Source: Klebsormidium nitens (taxonomy: Eukaryota > Plantae > Klebsormidiophyceae). From it: a DNA stretch of 64,000 bases. Of the stretch, positions 52,311 to 64,000 are shown piece after piece (position 1 is the first letter of the stretch; every line of letters starts with the position of its first letter). A model generated the notes under the pieces. The model was given only the letters and a program-made list of their open reading frames with translations. It did not search any database and was not told the origin of the DNA. A program made the position numbers and the translations under genes. The DNA lies in contig DF237099.1 in assembly GCA_000708835.1 (NCBI GenBank), forward strand, positions 8,358 through 72,357, given 5' to 3'.

Positions 52311-55300
52311 ATGTCCTCAAGCACAAGCAAGAAGCTCAGCCCTCCTAGGCACCGCCATGACGGGACCTCCCCTCTACCACTAGGGCTGGATGCAAGCAGA
52401 CCGCCAAGCCAATGGGTAAGGCTGCTTCTCTTCAAAGCTGTCCTCGATGTTGCTGGACCTTGTGTACTGCAGGGTTTCCTTACAGATTGAAGTGCCTCAA
52501 ACTAGCTCTTTGATCGTTGTTTTCAGTCGGCAAAATGGGGTTTCGTTTGCCACTACCGTTCGTTGTTTTCAGAAAGCATTTCATGTTTGCCACTAGCGGG
52601 GGTCACCAAATATAGAGGATCTAGAAACAATTGTTGTCAGCCATCATTTTATTCGATAGATCATCTCGCTGGTTGAGGGCTTGCAAAGTCACAAGGCTCA
52701 TGAGTTCAGAGCTCGGGGAGTGCTCCTTTCAATGCGGAGTTGGATCTACTACATTCTCTTCTTTCATTTCAACTTATATCGATCGTCGGATCAAGCTTTC
52801 AGAAATTCTTTTTCCTATACACGGCACTTCGACGATTCCGCGCACTCCTTTCAAAATGAAACCCATAGGTGAAGGACTGGCGAAACTCTTGCCGGTCAAA
52901 ACCTACCAAAGTACAAACATTCGAACGCTGTGTCGTTCAAACCAATCAATCTTTTATGTTTAGAGGAACAATGAGGATCGTCATGCATTCTGAACTCTTG
53001 CTGCAATGCAAAACAAACCCTGTTAAGCAGGCTTTGGTGGTGAGGTTGTGGGTTCCTCGTCCCTTGGCTATACCTCATTGGGTGAATGCCAACTTCTGAG
53101 GTTTAAACGCTTGCCAGAAATCAGAGTGGGGCTGTAGTGAATAAATTTTGGGGCGCTTCTATTGCGGCAGGCAACTTTTTATGAGTGTGCACTACTCTCG
53201 GAAGTCGGAAAAGGGCAACTTTTTGTGGATCCACCCCCTCCATGACAGCATTTTTGAAGGTGCTGAATGCTGTGCTGATGACATGGTGCTAAACCGCATA
53301 CAACTCGCTGTACAAAGTGACATCTTCTCAATTGTCTAAAATCCTGCTTCTTGAATCGATGTAGACCGGGAAGTCCACAATTTGGCCCCACGACGCCGGC
53401 GGTTGGAGCTACTGCGCCATGATCCCGTCATTCACCACTTCTCCAAACCGCGCCGGAGGATCGGACACGCAGCCGATCGTGGTAAGCCCTAACCTCACCC
53501 TCATACCCTCATCGCATTGAGTCTGTTTCGTTGAAATGAAGTTTCCCCATGCATTTTGCAAACTTTCTTCCAACATACCTTGGGTGGGGCATAGTGTACA
53601 ATACACCGGTTGTTGGATCAGGTTACATATGCCTGGAAGTCCTGCATCTCAACTACAAGGGCCATTGATACTGAAGAGGATGTCTCATTTCTGTGGCTTC
53701 TTCCCCTTCTCTAAAGCTCCTTGTCAGTCATCTTGCCTGAACTTTCATCGATGTTCCGCGCAGTTCTACCGCGTCCAAGTTGGGATCCAGTCCCCGACTG
53801 CAGTCAGCACACTGCGGGGCATCCTGCGCCGGTTCAGTGACTTCCTTAAGCTGCATCTTGCGGTGAGTTTGCTACGCGGGTAGTATGCTCGGTGACTCTT
53901 CATGACCATGTAACAGATGCTGCGACGAGGGAGGCTGCAAGTTTCTTTCCTTTTGCGCCTTCATGATCAATACTGAAAGGTTTGTAAGGTATCTATTTGT
54001 TTTGGGAGAATGGACATCGAGCTTTGTGCTTTGAGGGACGTACGACTTTTTGCTATGAAATTGGTGATTTGAGCTTGTCGCTTCGTCTCGGAGAATGGTG
54101 AGCTGCTGCGCATCCGTGTCTGCCACACCCCTCAAGCCAGTCAGATCTCACTTGCATGATGGGCTTGGACTTGTTTCTGATGCAGTTGAAGAAAGCGTTT
54201 CCTCGCAAGAAGATTGCAGCTCCGCCATCCAAGAAGCAGCTCAGGCTCACATGGACGGCACAGCTCCTCGAAGAGGTGAGCATCTTGGGCTTGTATTGCT
54301 TAATGCCGCTTTCACTGTACTTAGTTCCCGCAAGTGTGGAAGAGGTCATCGCTCGGAAGAACGCATGTAGAGATTGCAGATTTACTGAAGCAAGGATTGT
54401 GCAGGAGCAGAAAGAGAGAGATTGTTTTTCGGAAAACTATCGTTTGTCTCTCTCATAGATTCTGCTCCATTATCTGGTCATCTATCGGGTTCAACCTCAA
54501 GCAGTGCCCAGAACGTAGGCCCGAAACCTACTCTCACTTGACTTCCCACGCTTTTTCGTTAAGCACGACGCCGCTGAACCTAGTTTACGCCAGACTTTGA
54601 TTCTACGGCACACCATGTTCGATGCAGAGACGACGAAACTTGGAGGAATGGCTGCAGCAGCTGTTGGAAGACCTGGACATGTCACGAAGCGCGCCTGTTG
54701 CTGTGTTTCTGGAGCTCGAGGCGGTCGCTCGTCATGGTAAGGGGGACCGCAGAACGCAAGCACCTCTGCGACTTTTCTCGTCAGGTCAGAACTCGCCAAG
54801 CGTTTGGCGGCGTTTTGGTGGCTCTTCGCCCGCTCCATATTGCCACATGGCATGCGAAGCCAAACCTGCTTCATTGAAGGCGCTTACCTGAAACCGCAGG
54901 GCTTAGCTGGACAGGAGATACTTCTGGTGTGTTTCATAGGCTAGAAACTGTATTCTCCAGGGATGCATTCTTGGTCTGCCTTCTTACAAGCTTCTCTGCC
55001 ACAGCTGCAGCCGTCTCCTCTGGCGACGAGATCCCCGCTACCCCAACTCTCATCCCCGGCTCCAACCAGTCGGCGCTTGCGCCCTCCCTTCCCAGTCCGT
55101 CCAACATCGGGTCCGCTTCTTCCTCTCTCCCCGAATCTCCCCCCTCTTTCCAAGACGGCGCCCTCTTTGGAAGCGCGACGCCGATGATTGCCAGTTCCGA
55201 TGCGGAGGACAGCGAAGCGGAATCGACGGCCGGAAGAGGTGGCGGGAGGTTTGACGATCCGGGCCGGGGACTGGGTCGGGTTACGGAGTCTCAGTCGGAT

Positions 55301-58300
55301 GAGAGTGTGAATCGGGGGAAGGAGGCGATTGCGAGGGCGGCGGCGGCACGGGCCGCAGTAGCAGCTCTGAAGAACATGTCGAAAGAAGGGGCAGAATCAG
55401 GGGGGGAGTCGATGAGTGACCTGGATAGAAGCGGAGCCACGCCGGGCGAAAACGGGATCCATACTGAGAGGCCGGAGGGGGGAAGCTTGCAAACGGGTGA
55501 GGAAACGGGGGATCGAGAAGCCCTCCGTAATACCCACGAGGCGACCGGAGGAGAGGACGGGTTACAGATAGACATGGCCGGTCTGCCGAACGTGCGGGTT
55601 CCGTCTTCTCAGCCAGCCCCGTCCCCGAGCAAAAGCGTGGGAGTTCCACGGACCGCGAGTCTGCCGCCGCACGCCGGCCCGCGCCCGTCCAAACTGGGCG
55701 CCAGGAAGGGGGGAGAAGTGGTCGGTACGGAGAACCGGGGGGGCGTGGCGGGGACCAGTGGCGAGGCGCCAGCTGGCAGGCCGCTGGCGCACCGGAGGCA
55801 GTTGTCGACGAGCAGTGACATCAGCACGAGCTCGTGGGGGGTAGGATCGGAGGCGAGCGGACTGGAGGCGTTTGACGTGCATGGTGGGGGGTTGGTCGCG
55901 GTGGGGGAGATGAGCAAGGAGCTGAAGCTGGCGCTGCCGCTGGATCAGGTGAGGGGTTTTTCTTCGCGGGCAAGCGCGCGAGGAGTCAATCTGCAGGAGG
56001 TCGGAGTGGCGACTTGGAGCCTTTCGAAGGAAACTGCGCGAGTTCTCCTATTCCAAGGGCTTGAGTTTATATATAGCTACTGCGCTGGATGTGATCTGGC
56101 TTAGTCAAAGGATGCACTGCTATTTGGAACACACCCGTATGTTCCAATGCGTCCGGTGGCAGATAGCTACAGCTGCCAGCTGCGGCTGATTGAAAAGGGC
56201 ATTCGTTTTGGCGACGCACGACAACTCTTATGTGGGCGAAATTTTATGGTGTGACCGATGCTAAGTGCCTGGACAGCGAGTTTACATCTTGCAAAGTCAG
56301 CTTTGATCATTGCAGTTTCGATGCAAAGCCCAATGACGTGATCACTGGTACCCCGCAGAAACGCCAATTTTCTCAGGATTGCAAAGACCTTTACCCCGGC
56401 TCATGTCTGCATGCACCCCAGCCTGGTGCAGCGGAAGCTTAGCGCGCTGCAAACGGGATTCAGGCGGACTGCGATTCCCTTCTGCATTCGGAAGCCCAAC
56501 TGAAAGATCTGGAAAGCCCTCAATCTCAGAAAAGTCTTGTTTGTTGCCAGAGGGGCGCGGTGCGGCGCATGCTGGGTGCGCTACAGCGGCGGTTGGCGGC
56601 AGCGAAAGCCGACATGGAGGACCTGATTGCCCGGCTGCGGCAGGAAAGCGCGCTCACCGAGTTTCTGCACAGCAAGGTCAAGGACCTCGAGGGCGAGCTC
56701 GAGAGCGCGCGGGAGAGCGGCCGCGAGACGCTACGTCAAGTGAGGGCACCGCTCACTGACAGTTCTGAGATCTAGATGATTCTGGGGCGGTCGATTGTGC
56801 AGTTGTCTCAGGCTGGTTTTTGCAACTCGTGTAGATTTGCGAGCCATCAGGCCTACCATGTTCTACTCTTGTGGGTGCTTGTACTTTTGACACCCGTGAC
56901 AGCCAGGGCTGAAGACGTTGTGGCAAACGAGCGGCCCCATTGTAAGGGTTTGCTAAGCACTGATTTTCTTGTGCTTTCTTGAGCATTCATCTGGCACGTA
57001 CGGTTGTTGCGGGACGGTGCAGACCCAGTGCAACGCCGGAATATATTTCGTTCACATTGCGACCAGAAAGGGCGAGTCATCGACTTACGGGATGGTGCAA
57101 ACCAAGTGCAATGGCGGAATATTCTCAGTTCCCATTGCGACAGAGAAGGTGAGTCATCAAGTTTTGCTTTTTGAAAATTTCTGGGCGAAGGGCATTTGAT
57201 CGGGCAATGGGCAAAGCAAGAAGTATTGACTTACCGCCGACGGTTGGAACGAATTGCAGGCCATCACCGCGGAGCGGGAGCGGTGGACGGCGGTACAGTG
57301 GGAGGTCGAAGAGGCGCGCGTGGCGCAGCAAGCGGCAGAGGACGAGGCGGAACGGGAGCGCGGGATGCGGCAGGAGCTGAGCGAAAAGCTGGAGAAGTGG
57401 GAGCACGAGAAGGTGCGTCGAGTTTTTTGCCCGTCTTCTCACCTTAAGAGGCAACAACTTCGGTTGGAAGACATGATGCATGCGAGAATCGTTTCAGTTT
57501 CTAAGAGGAGCGAGACGTCAATTGAAATTAGTTAGCCATGCGCTGAAAGCTCAACTTCGAAGCTGCTGACGAGAAACTCTGATAGAGTGTGGCAGAAGGT
57601 CAGACGAGACTTGATGTCGAAGAAGCGAAACTGTTTTCCACGCCATGTATCCAAGTAACAGGCCGCCATGTTTGCAAGCGACTCACGGTTCGGTTCTTGC
57701 GCTTGCCGTTTGGGCAGCGTCAAGACTAGGGTCTCGCTCTGTTCGTGAATCTGCAGGAACCAGTCAGAGTCGGCAAGATGTGATCGATGGACCAGGTTGG
57801 AATTCCCTCACTGAAGTTTCTCCGTTCGCAGGCGGAGCTGGAAGGGCAGCTCGAAAGCGCCCGGCAGACGGCCGAGGCACTGGCGGCGGAGCGCGACGCG
57901 CTTGACGCACAAGCCCGCGCAGACAAAAAGGTGCTCGCGAAGGAGATCCAGAAGCTGAGGAAAGCGCAGCCGGCGTTGAAAGAGGAGGCGGATGCAGCGG
58001 CGCGCGCTCGGGACCGGCTGGAAGAGGAACTAGCGGTGGAGAGAAGCAGGCAACGGGGGGCGGCGCAGTCGCGTGCGGCATTGCTTCACGAGGTGAGTTG
58101 ATAGAAGCTGCGGCTTCATAGGTCGCCCCAGTGATCTCAACAAGAAAGTCGGCAGCTTACCTATGTACTGGAGCTGCCGATAGCTGGAGAGTTGCGTCAC
58201 GTGCGCTGTTGAGTGGTTGCTACTGCTCCACTTCCTTGAGGAGGTTGACGTCTTAGGTGCACATATCTTTTAAGGGCTAGATTCTCGTCCTTATGGTTGT

Positions 58301-59428
58301 TGGCGCATGTTTCTGACACCGCAGTCTATCTGGTCAGATGTGCTTGACAGCAATTGCGAATTCGGGGACAGCATTTCTGTTGGTTCACGGGAAGTGATGC
58401 TGGTGCAATATGTCCGTTGCAAGGGACCAGGTGACACTCGAAGACCATGCAGGAGGTTTCGACCAAAGTATGCACAGCGCAAGCCAACACAAGGTTTCCG
58501 TCCCTGGACATCTTGTGGGTCAAATGGGAAAGAAAATTGGATTGACTGCAAAAGTGGGAAAGGCCGTTCGTGTGGACCCGTTGTCTCGCCAGTACCATGC
58601 AGATCCGTTTCAAATCCGTATGTACTGGCAGTCCCAAACTGGACTGACTCGGACTGACTGACTGATGAAGACCATCTTGAAACCGCGTCTCTGCCCGCTT
58701 CCAGGTCGCAACGTTGCGACAAAAGCTGGCTGAGTCGAGCGTGGAGCGCATTGCCAAGGAGGACGACGGGCAGGGGCGGAAGCAAGGGAACGGGTTAGCC
58801 ACTGACAGCGTCGAGCTGCTGGCGGTTAGCGATAACCGGATTGGGTGTCTGCTGGCTGAGGCGCAACTGCTGAGTGAGGTGAGGTTTTTGAGCGCAGTGA
58901 CTTAAAGGACTCTAATTGGTAGTTCTCTGACTGGACAAGCCTCGTGCGCGACGCTCCGGTACAACTGTCCCGAAAGGTTTTCGTGCTGTCCTAAAGCATT
59001 GGAGGCGCTCCTTGCTTTTGATCTTATCCAATTGTGTTTGAAGACTGTCAAACACGGTATCGACCTGGCAAGATTTTGCGATCGGCGCGCTGGCTTTGCT
59101 CCAAGTTCAGTTCCCCGATTCATTCCATCGAGGCGGAAAGGCGTGCTTGACAAGATACTGGACTCTTTTGTTCCAGGAGGTCGACCCTGGCGATCCATCT
59201 AGAGACCACGCCGACGAAGCTTCAGCACCCAGGCCCGAAGAACCCGGAAGCGAGGCTGCAGTCCGGAAAGTCCTGGCAGAGGTTCTGATGGACAATGCGC
59301 AGCTGCGGCGGGCGCTGAACAGCAGCCTGAGAGCGCTTTTCACGGCTCCCAAAACGCCGTTGGGCGGGGAAGAGAACGGGGTTGAAACAGCAAAGAGGAG
59401 CGGGATGCTCAGCCGATTCTTGCAATAG
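52311..59428 (+). CDS. EREL1: PX-domain coiled-coil protein of the EREX/EREL family (endosomal RAB5 effector), ~830 aa. Exons 52311-52415, 53365-53481, 53764-53862, 54186-54275, 54628-54736, 55005-55948, 56551-56739, 57260-57412, 57832-58092, 58705-58878, 59177-59428
   Basis: [38 protein letters not shown]...[69 protein letters not shown] all match the plant EREX/EREL family. Phases consistent (2493 nt). The exact paralog cannot be resolved. A possible in-frame upstream mini-exon lies at 51785-51817, spliced to 52296. Confidence 0.92.
57010..57158 (+). repeat. ~78-nt-period diverged duplication in an EREL intron; the second copy ends in a donor-like AAG|GTGAGT
   Basis: CGGGACGGTGCAGACCCAGTGCAACGCCGGAATAT...CATTGCGACCAGAAAGGGCGAGTCATC versus CGGGATGGTGCAAACCAAGTGCAATGGCGGAATAT...CATTGCGACAGAGAAGGTGAGTCATC. 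Confidence 0.8.
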
Positions 59429-60335
59429 TAGGCAGCTTTCAGTGTTGCCAGTTACGCAGACAATTCAGAGGTTCTGTATGACGCCTGACGAAGCGCTTAT
59501 AGCCCGCATCTGAAAAGGCATCTTGTAGATTCAAGCTTCTTGGCGCCTCCCATATGTGATTACATTGAATGGTCCTTTTTCGTAAAGGTACGTGCCTCTA
59601 ACGTGCCGATACTGGTGTACCGTCAGGGCCGGGTTGATTGCTCGCAAGCGCACACAAAGTTTTTCCCTACGGCCAGCGGCCGTGAGCGGTGAACGGTCCA
59701 GCAGAAGCCGCACGCATCATGTGCAGGATACGGTTGTCAGGTCTGGGGGCTACTGCGCGGCTACAATTGTGCCAGAGCCGCGCGCAACGCTAGTCACTAG
59801 CTATAGTAGGCCGCTCGAAACAGCGATCGACGAGTGCAGTCGGATACAATGAATGCCCAAAGGCGGCCGGCCGCTCTCATTGCATAATGCAGCAGTGTAA
59901 TAGTCATAGTACGTCGCCCTTTCTTAAGTTGATTAATCTCGGGGCCTAACGATCCATGCGCAGAAATTCAAGTGCATGAGCTGCCAGCAGGAACATACTG
60001 CCCATCTGTCATTCCATGCCATGTAGAGGACGTTTAAGCATGGGCGGCTGTGAGTCTGGGATCAGTTGTGAATGCATCCATGCATACTTCAAGCTAGATG
60101 ATCGATAGCGAGCTAGGCTCATTATTGCATGGAGACGCATGCACCTATATGAACTTAAGCTTCAACGGGTCATGGTGGGCAATTCATAGTGGGCCGGACT
60201 AAGCACTGTAGGTTCAAGTTTCTCCATGGCAAAGCAATCGACTCTGCATCAAAAAGGGGCCCGCATGCACCAGTGAAAACGCCTCTATTGTACATACCCT
60301 AAACAACTATGAGCAACACGACCTGTCACACTCCT

Positions 60336-63300
60336 CTACTTGAAAGAGTTCAGGAAAAGGATTCCAACGACAACAGCACCTATGATGATCGGAATGCCAC
60401 TGATGCCGTACAGGAGGCCGTAACCCTGCAGCGGAAGGAGAAAAAGAAGATCAGATTTCTATGAGACCGAAAGCGACTCCACAGTGTCAGAAGATACAGA
60501 ACCGGCCTCGACAGAAAACTTTGACATGGCAGCTGCGCCACTCAGGTTGCACTCTTGAATACGGTGCTCTGCCTTCAAACGAAACGGAGGCAAGTCCACA
60601 AATCAATCAGCTCCCTCGCCCACAAGCTGGGTGACTCCTTATCGTGAAACAGAACATGCTTTCTCCTCCCAGAGTTCGATTCTGACACGAACTTAGCAGC
60701 TTGACCGAGAACCTTACCGAGTACAACCCCATCTATCTATGCAAACAGAAGCACGCACGCTGCATTTGTGTCCATAGTCCGACAGGACGCGAACCTTCGC
60801 TGAAGTCTCATCATGGACCATGGACTGACTTTCTGGGGCCTCAAGCAAAATCAGAGGCATTTCTGTGAACATCAAGCTGATGCAGATCTAAGAGCTCAAA
60901 AGCAGCACCAAATTGGATAACAATAACAATAACAACTCACGACGACGGGGTTCCCTTCTCCGATGTCCTTCTCCTTCTCTTGCAGCTCGTCGAGTTCCGG
61001 GATGGCGTCCCAGGCCATACGGTCCGACATCACACGGCGATCGACGCCAATGTCGGTCGTCTTAAAGTAAGGGGACTGGGTAGGTGCCGAGCGGCTGGGA
61101 AGTTCCTCCTGCAAAACATTCAGATCAGGGATGATAAAGCAGCAGCTTTGGAAGAACTTCGACCAAGAAGGAACGGGCTTTGTCTGAAGGCCATGTAGAC
61201 AAAGACAAGATTCGAGCTGGGGCCGTCGCTTGGACCCATATAGGCGCTGGGCCGAGTCTGATGCTAGCCAGAAAAGGTGATCGGAACAGGTACGCCATTC
61301 AGACGAAGTGGCAAAGAGCGGACGATGGGACGTGTTACTTGCAAGTGAGACACCGCAGTCATTCAGTGAAGTGCATATTTGGAAAAAGGGGCACAGGCTA
61401 CTGTTCGGCCATACTTTAATTCACTTTCTCGGTCAGGACGGCAGATTCGAATCCGCAACAAGTCGGCCCTGTTTAATAACCTTGAAGTCCCTGCCAAAAT
61501 ATCCAGTTCCTCAGCTTAGACGAACCCACTGTGCATCCCAAAAATCCTCAATGACGGACACTTTTAAAGACTTTTCAGCGTGTCTCCGGTCTTTGGTTAT
61601 CGATGTGCTCTTCACTCACCACAATGGAGAATGTCCACAGCTTCGGTGTCCACTCAACGGTACAAATGCAAACACCAAAGCATTATATATTCCGCTCATA
61701 AGAGCCAAGAAGGAAGCTCACGTCCAAGTTCGGCCAGTTGAGCATCTCCTTCGTCAGCTCCCGCAGCACATATGCGTCGTCAGGAACGCGCCCCTCGTTA
61801 ACCTGCGGGTTTGAAAGTGGATTGGGGGTCTACGTGAAGGGTATGCGGTAAAAGCAGACCTTGAAAGGAAGTCTCTTCCTTGACAACGCTCTAGATCGAG
61901 CTCTGACTGTCTACAGAAATGAGACATAGTGTGTACAGCAAGGCAGACCTCACGCACGCTCTTATTTGCGCGTAACGTGTCCGACAAGGGACAAAAGAGT
62001 TGTGAGAAATGAAAACGGAAGGGAGACTGCATGACTCACATCAAGCTATTCTCAGCTGTACTCGAAGCCCTAGCTTCACAAAGCATGATAAGTCAGGAAG
62101 GTGAAAAGGCTACGAGGAGAAACAGAACGACAAGGGCGGGGAAATCGCAATCCAACTATTGACCACAGCCCGTGTTTGCCCCTCGACGCTAAAGTGACAA
62201 CGATATGCGAGAGAAGAAACAAGAACAAGGAAGCATGCAGGAACAGGGAACAGGATTGAAGACAAAAGTGCGACGCTTACATCGACGAGCGCTGCGGCTA
62301 GCTCCTCCCTTGACACCCCACTGTCGTCCTCAATGCCGTACTTCTCCCTTTGCTCTGCTAAGCGAGGGTCCTCAATCATGATGGTTAGCTTCACCTGCAA
62401 AGGCAAGGAACTCGTCAGCTTCTTACCCCCAGGTACCGTCACGAATGCGCCCCCGCCAATTCCTTCTGAGTTCCAACATGAATTGTACTCGTTCGGCGGA
62501 TTGTTTTGCAAGAAAGAGCCGTTTTTATGAGTACGCTACCAAGGGATGCAAGGTACAATCTCGCGTCTGGAACAAAGGGGCCACCGCAGCGGCATGGGAA
62601 ACAGCTGATGCAGCTTACCAAACATCTGATGAGACTTTGATGAGATCTCACCACTCGCGATGCGCGGGTCACTCATAGAAAGCTTTTGGAACATTAAGGC
62701 CTGCCAGGGGAAACTAATGCAGATGTAAGGCGGCTCATGCTTACCTCGTTGAACGGCATGTCTCGCTTGGTTCTGAGTGCTTTCAGCACCTGCCAATGAG
62801 AAAAGATCTGCATTCAGGAGGCTTCCAAACAAGCTGACATACCCTGTATGCAGGACCTGCACCCGGTGCAAGTGGTGCAGCTTGGACGGGCGCAGTGATT
62901 GTACGAAGCTTCCAGCGGACAATTGCCGATACATGCATTTAACTTCTGATAAGACCTGTCAGGGCTGCTTGACTGGCAAAGAAACACATCCCAGCAACCA
63001 CCCATGGCTGACTTCCATATATTGTGTGTTGAACATTTTAAATGCACTGCCTGAGCGCAGCACAATCCTGATAGGAGATTTGTTGCAAGATGCTGCCCCC
63101 CCCATATGGTGACAGAAATTGCAACAATTGACAGTGGCCAAGCATCCAAGCCAACGTTTTTGAGATGTCCTACGCCATGAACATCCCTCCCAGCACCCAT
63201 CCACAACTGACTATAAGAATTGGTGGCCAAAGTGCACCACTAAAAGCGGCGCCACAGAACCTTCCTTGTGCGGCATTCAATGCGAGCAATTGCAGAGCAT

Positions 63301-63730
63301 TCAAGGAGACAAGTTCGGAGCCTTCGTGAAGAGGCTGAGGGGTCAAAGACAAGCGCTTTTCAAGAGCACTCACGTTCCGAATGGCGGCCATATCTCGCCT
63401 CTGCTCCTCTTCGCTGTACTCCTCGTCATCTTCATATTCCTCCTCTTCTGTGGCCACACCAGCGGTGGCAGACTCTCCCTGAGCCGCCTGCACTACCCCT
63501 CTCGTCCCTCTAATTGTCCTCTGTTTATTGGATTGAATGCTGCAATTTCCATGTGCTGCAAAACCCTTGCTCATGAAGCGCGTCACAGTGTGCCTACTTT
63601 TACATTGAGATGTTGAGAAAGAGGAGGGAAGCGCACTCTGAGTCGCAGTGGTCAAAGAAGGGTGACGTTTTGGGGTGGTGCCAAAGAAATGCCGCTGCGC
63701 ACAGGCATTGTTAAGCAAAGCGGTACTCAT
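60336..63730 (-). CDS. Y3IP1: Ycf3-interacting protein 1 (Y3IP1/CEST), thylakoid photosystem I assembly factor, ~284 aa. Exons 63374-63730, 62745-62789, 62281-62394, 61722-61802, 60941-61108, 60336-60425
   Basis: Ser/Thr-rich transit peptide and acidic stretch, then KRDMPFNE-VKLTIMIEDPR...GIED...SREELAAALVD-VNEGRVP...EMLNWPNL, and a C-terminal helix GYGLLYGISGIPIIIGAVVVGILFLNSFK*. All phase 0 (855 nt). Confidence 0.94.
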
Positions 63731-64000
63731 CTTGGCTGGCTACAATTTCCACAACTCCGGCGTGAAGTAGTTGTTGACAAGAGGCCTTAGGAGTGGAGTT
63801 AAGCTCCAACAAGGACAGGGGTGAGTTCTTCGTAAGCTTGGAAGTTGGAACGTTCTCTGCGCAATCTCTTCATGCAAATGCTGCGCCCTTTCTGTCCTGA
63901 GTTCCAATTGTGGCTGCTCCGCATGCTCAAGCAGGCAGCAAGCTTCAAGGATCTGTCAACCTTAACGTTTATGGTTAACTTCACCGTTAAGGTGGTAAGA

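Overview
Eukaryotic nuclear DNA: intron-rich (GT-AG), GC3-rich exons and land-plant-type genes. This is most consistent with a streptophyte (charophyte) alga such as Klebsormidium; the taxon is an inference. I assembled exon chains by hand and checked every splice phase. Nine protein-coding genes are supported: an RPAP2/Rtr1 phosphatase (partial, minus); an aldo-keto reductase with a ~500-aa membrane-spanning N-terminal extension (plus); a ~1,090-aa R2R3-MYB (minus); an 800-890-aa protein I cannot assign (minus); COQ5 (plus); a ~230-aa unknown protein with possible beta-grasp folds (minus); peroxisomal APX3-type ascorbate peroxidase (minus); a PX-domain EREX/EREL-like protein (plus); and Y3IP1/CEST (minus). 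An 837-nt N gap lies at 23964-24800. The MYB intron and the region right of the gap hold MITE-like elements, a long fold-back and GTAC-dense tracts. I found no CRISPR, rRNA or tRNA, and no clear new multi-gene system. The best leads are: (i) repeated duplication of exon-intron junctions that could create in-frame alternative exons; (ii) the membrane-anchored AKR architecture; (iii) the MYB with a divergent recognition helix and a GTAC-rich intron; (iv) the two unassigned multi-exon genes.
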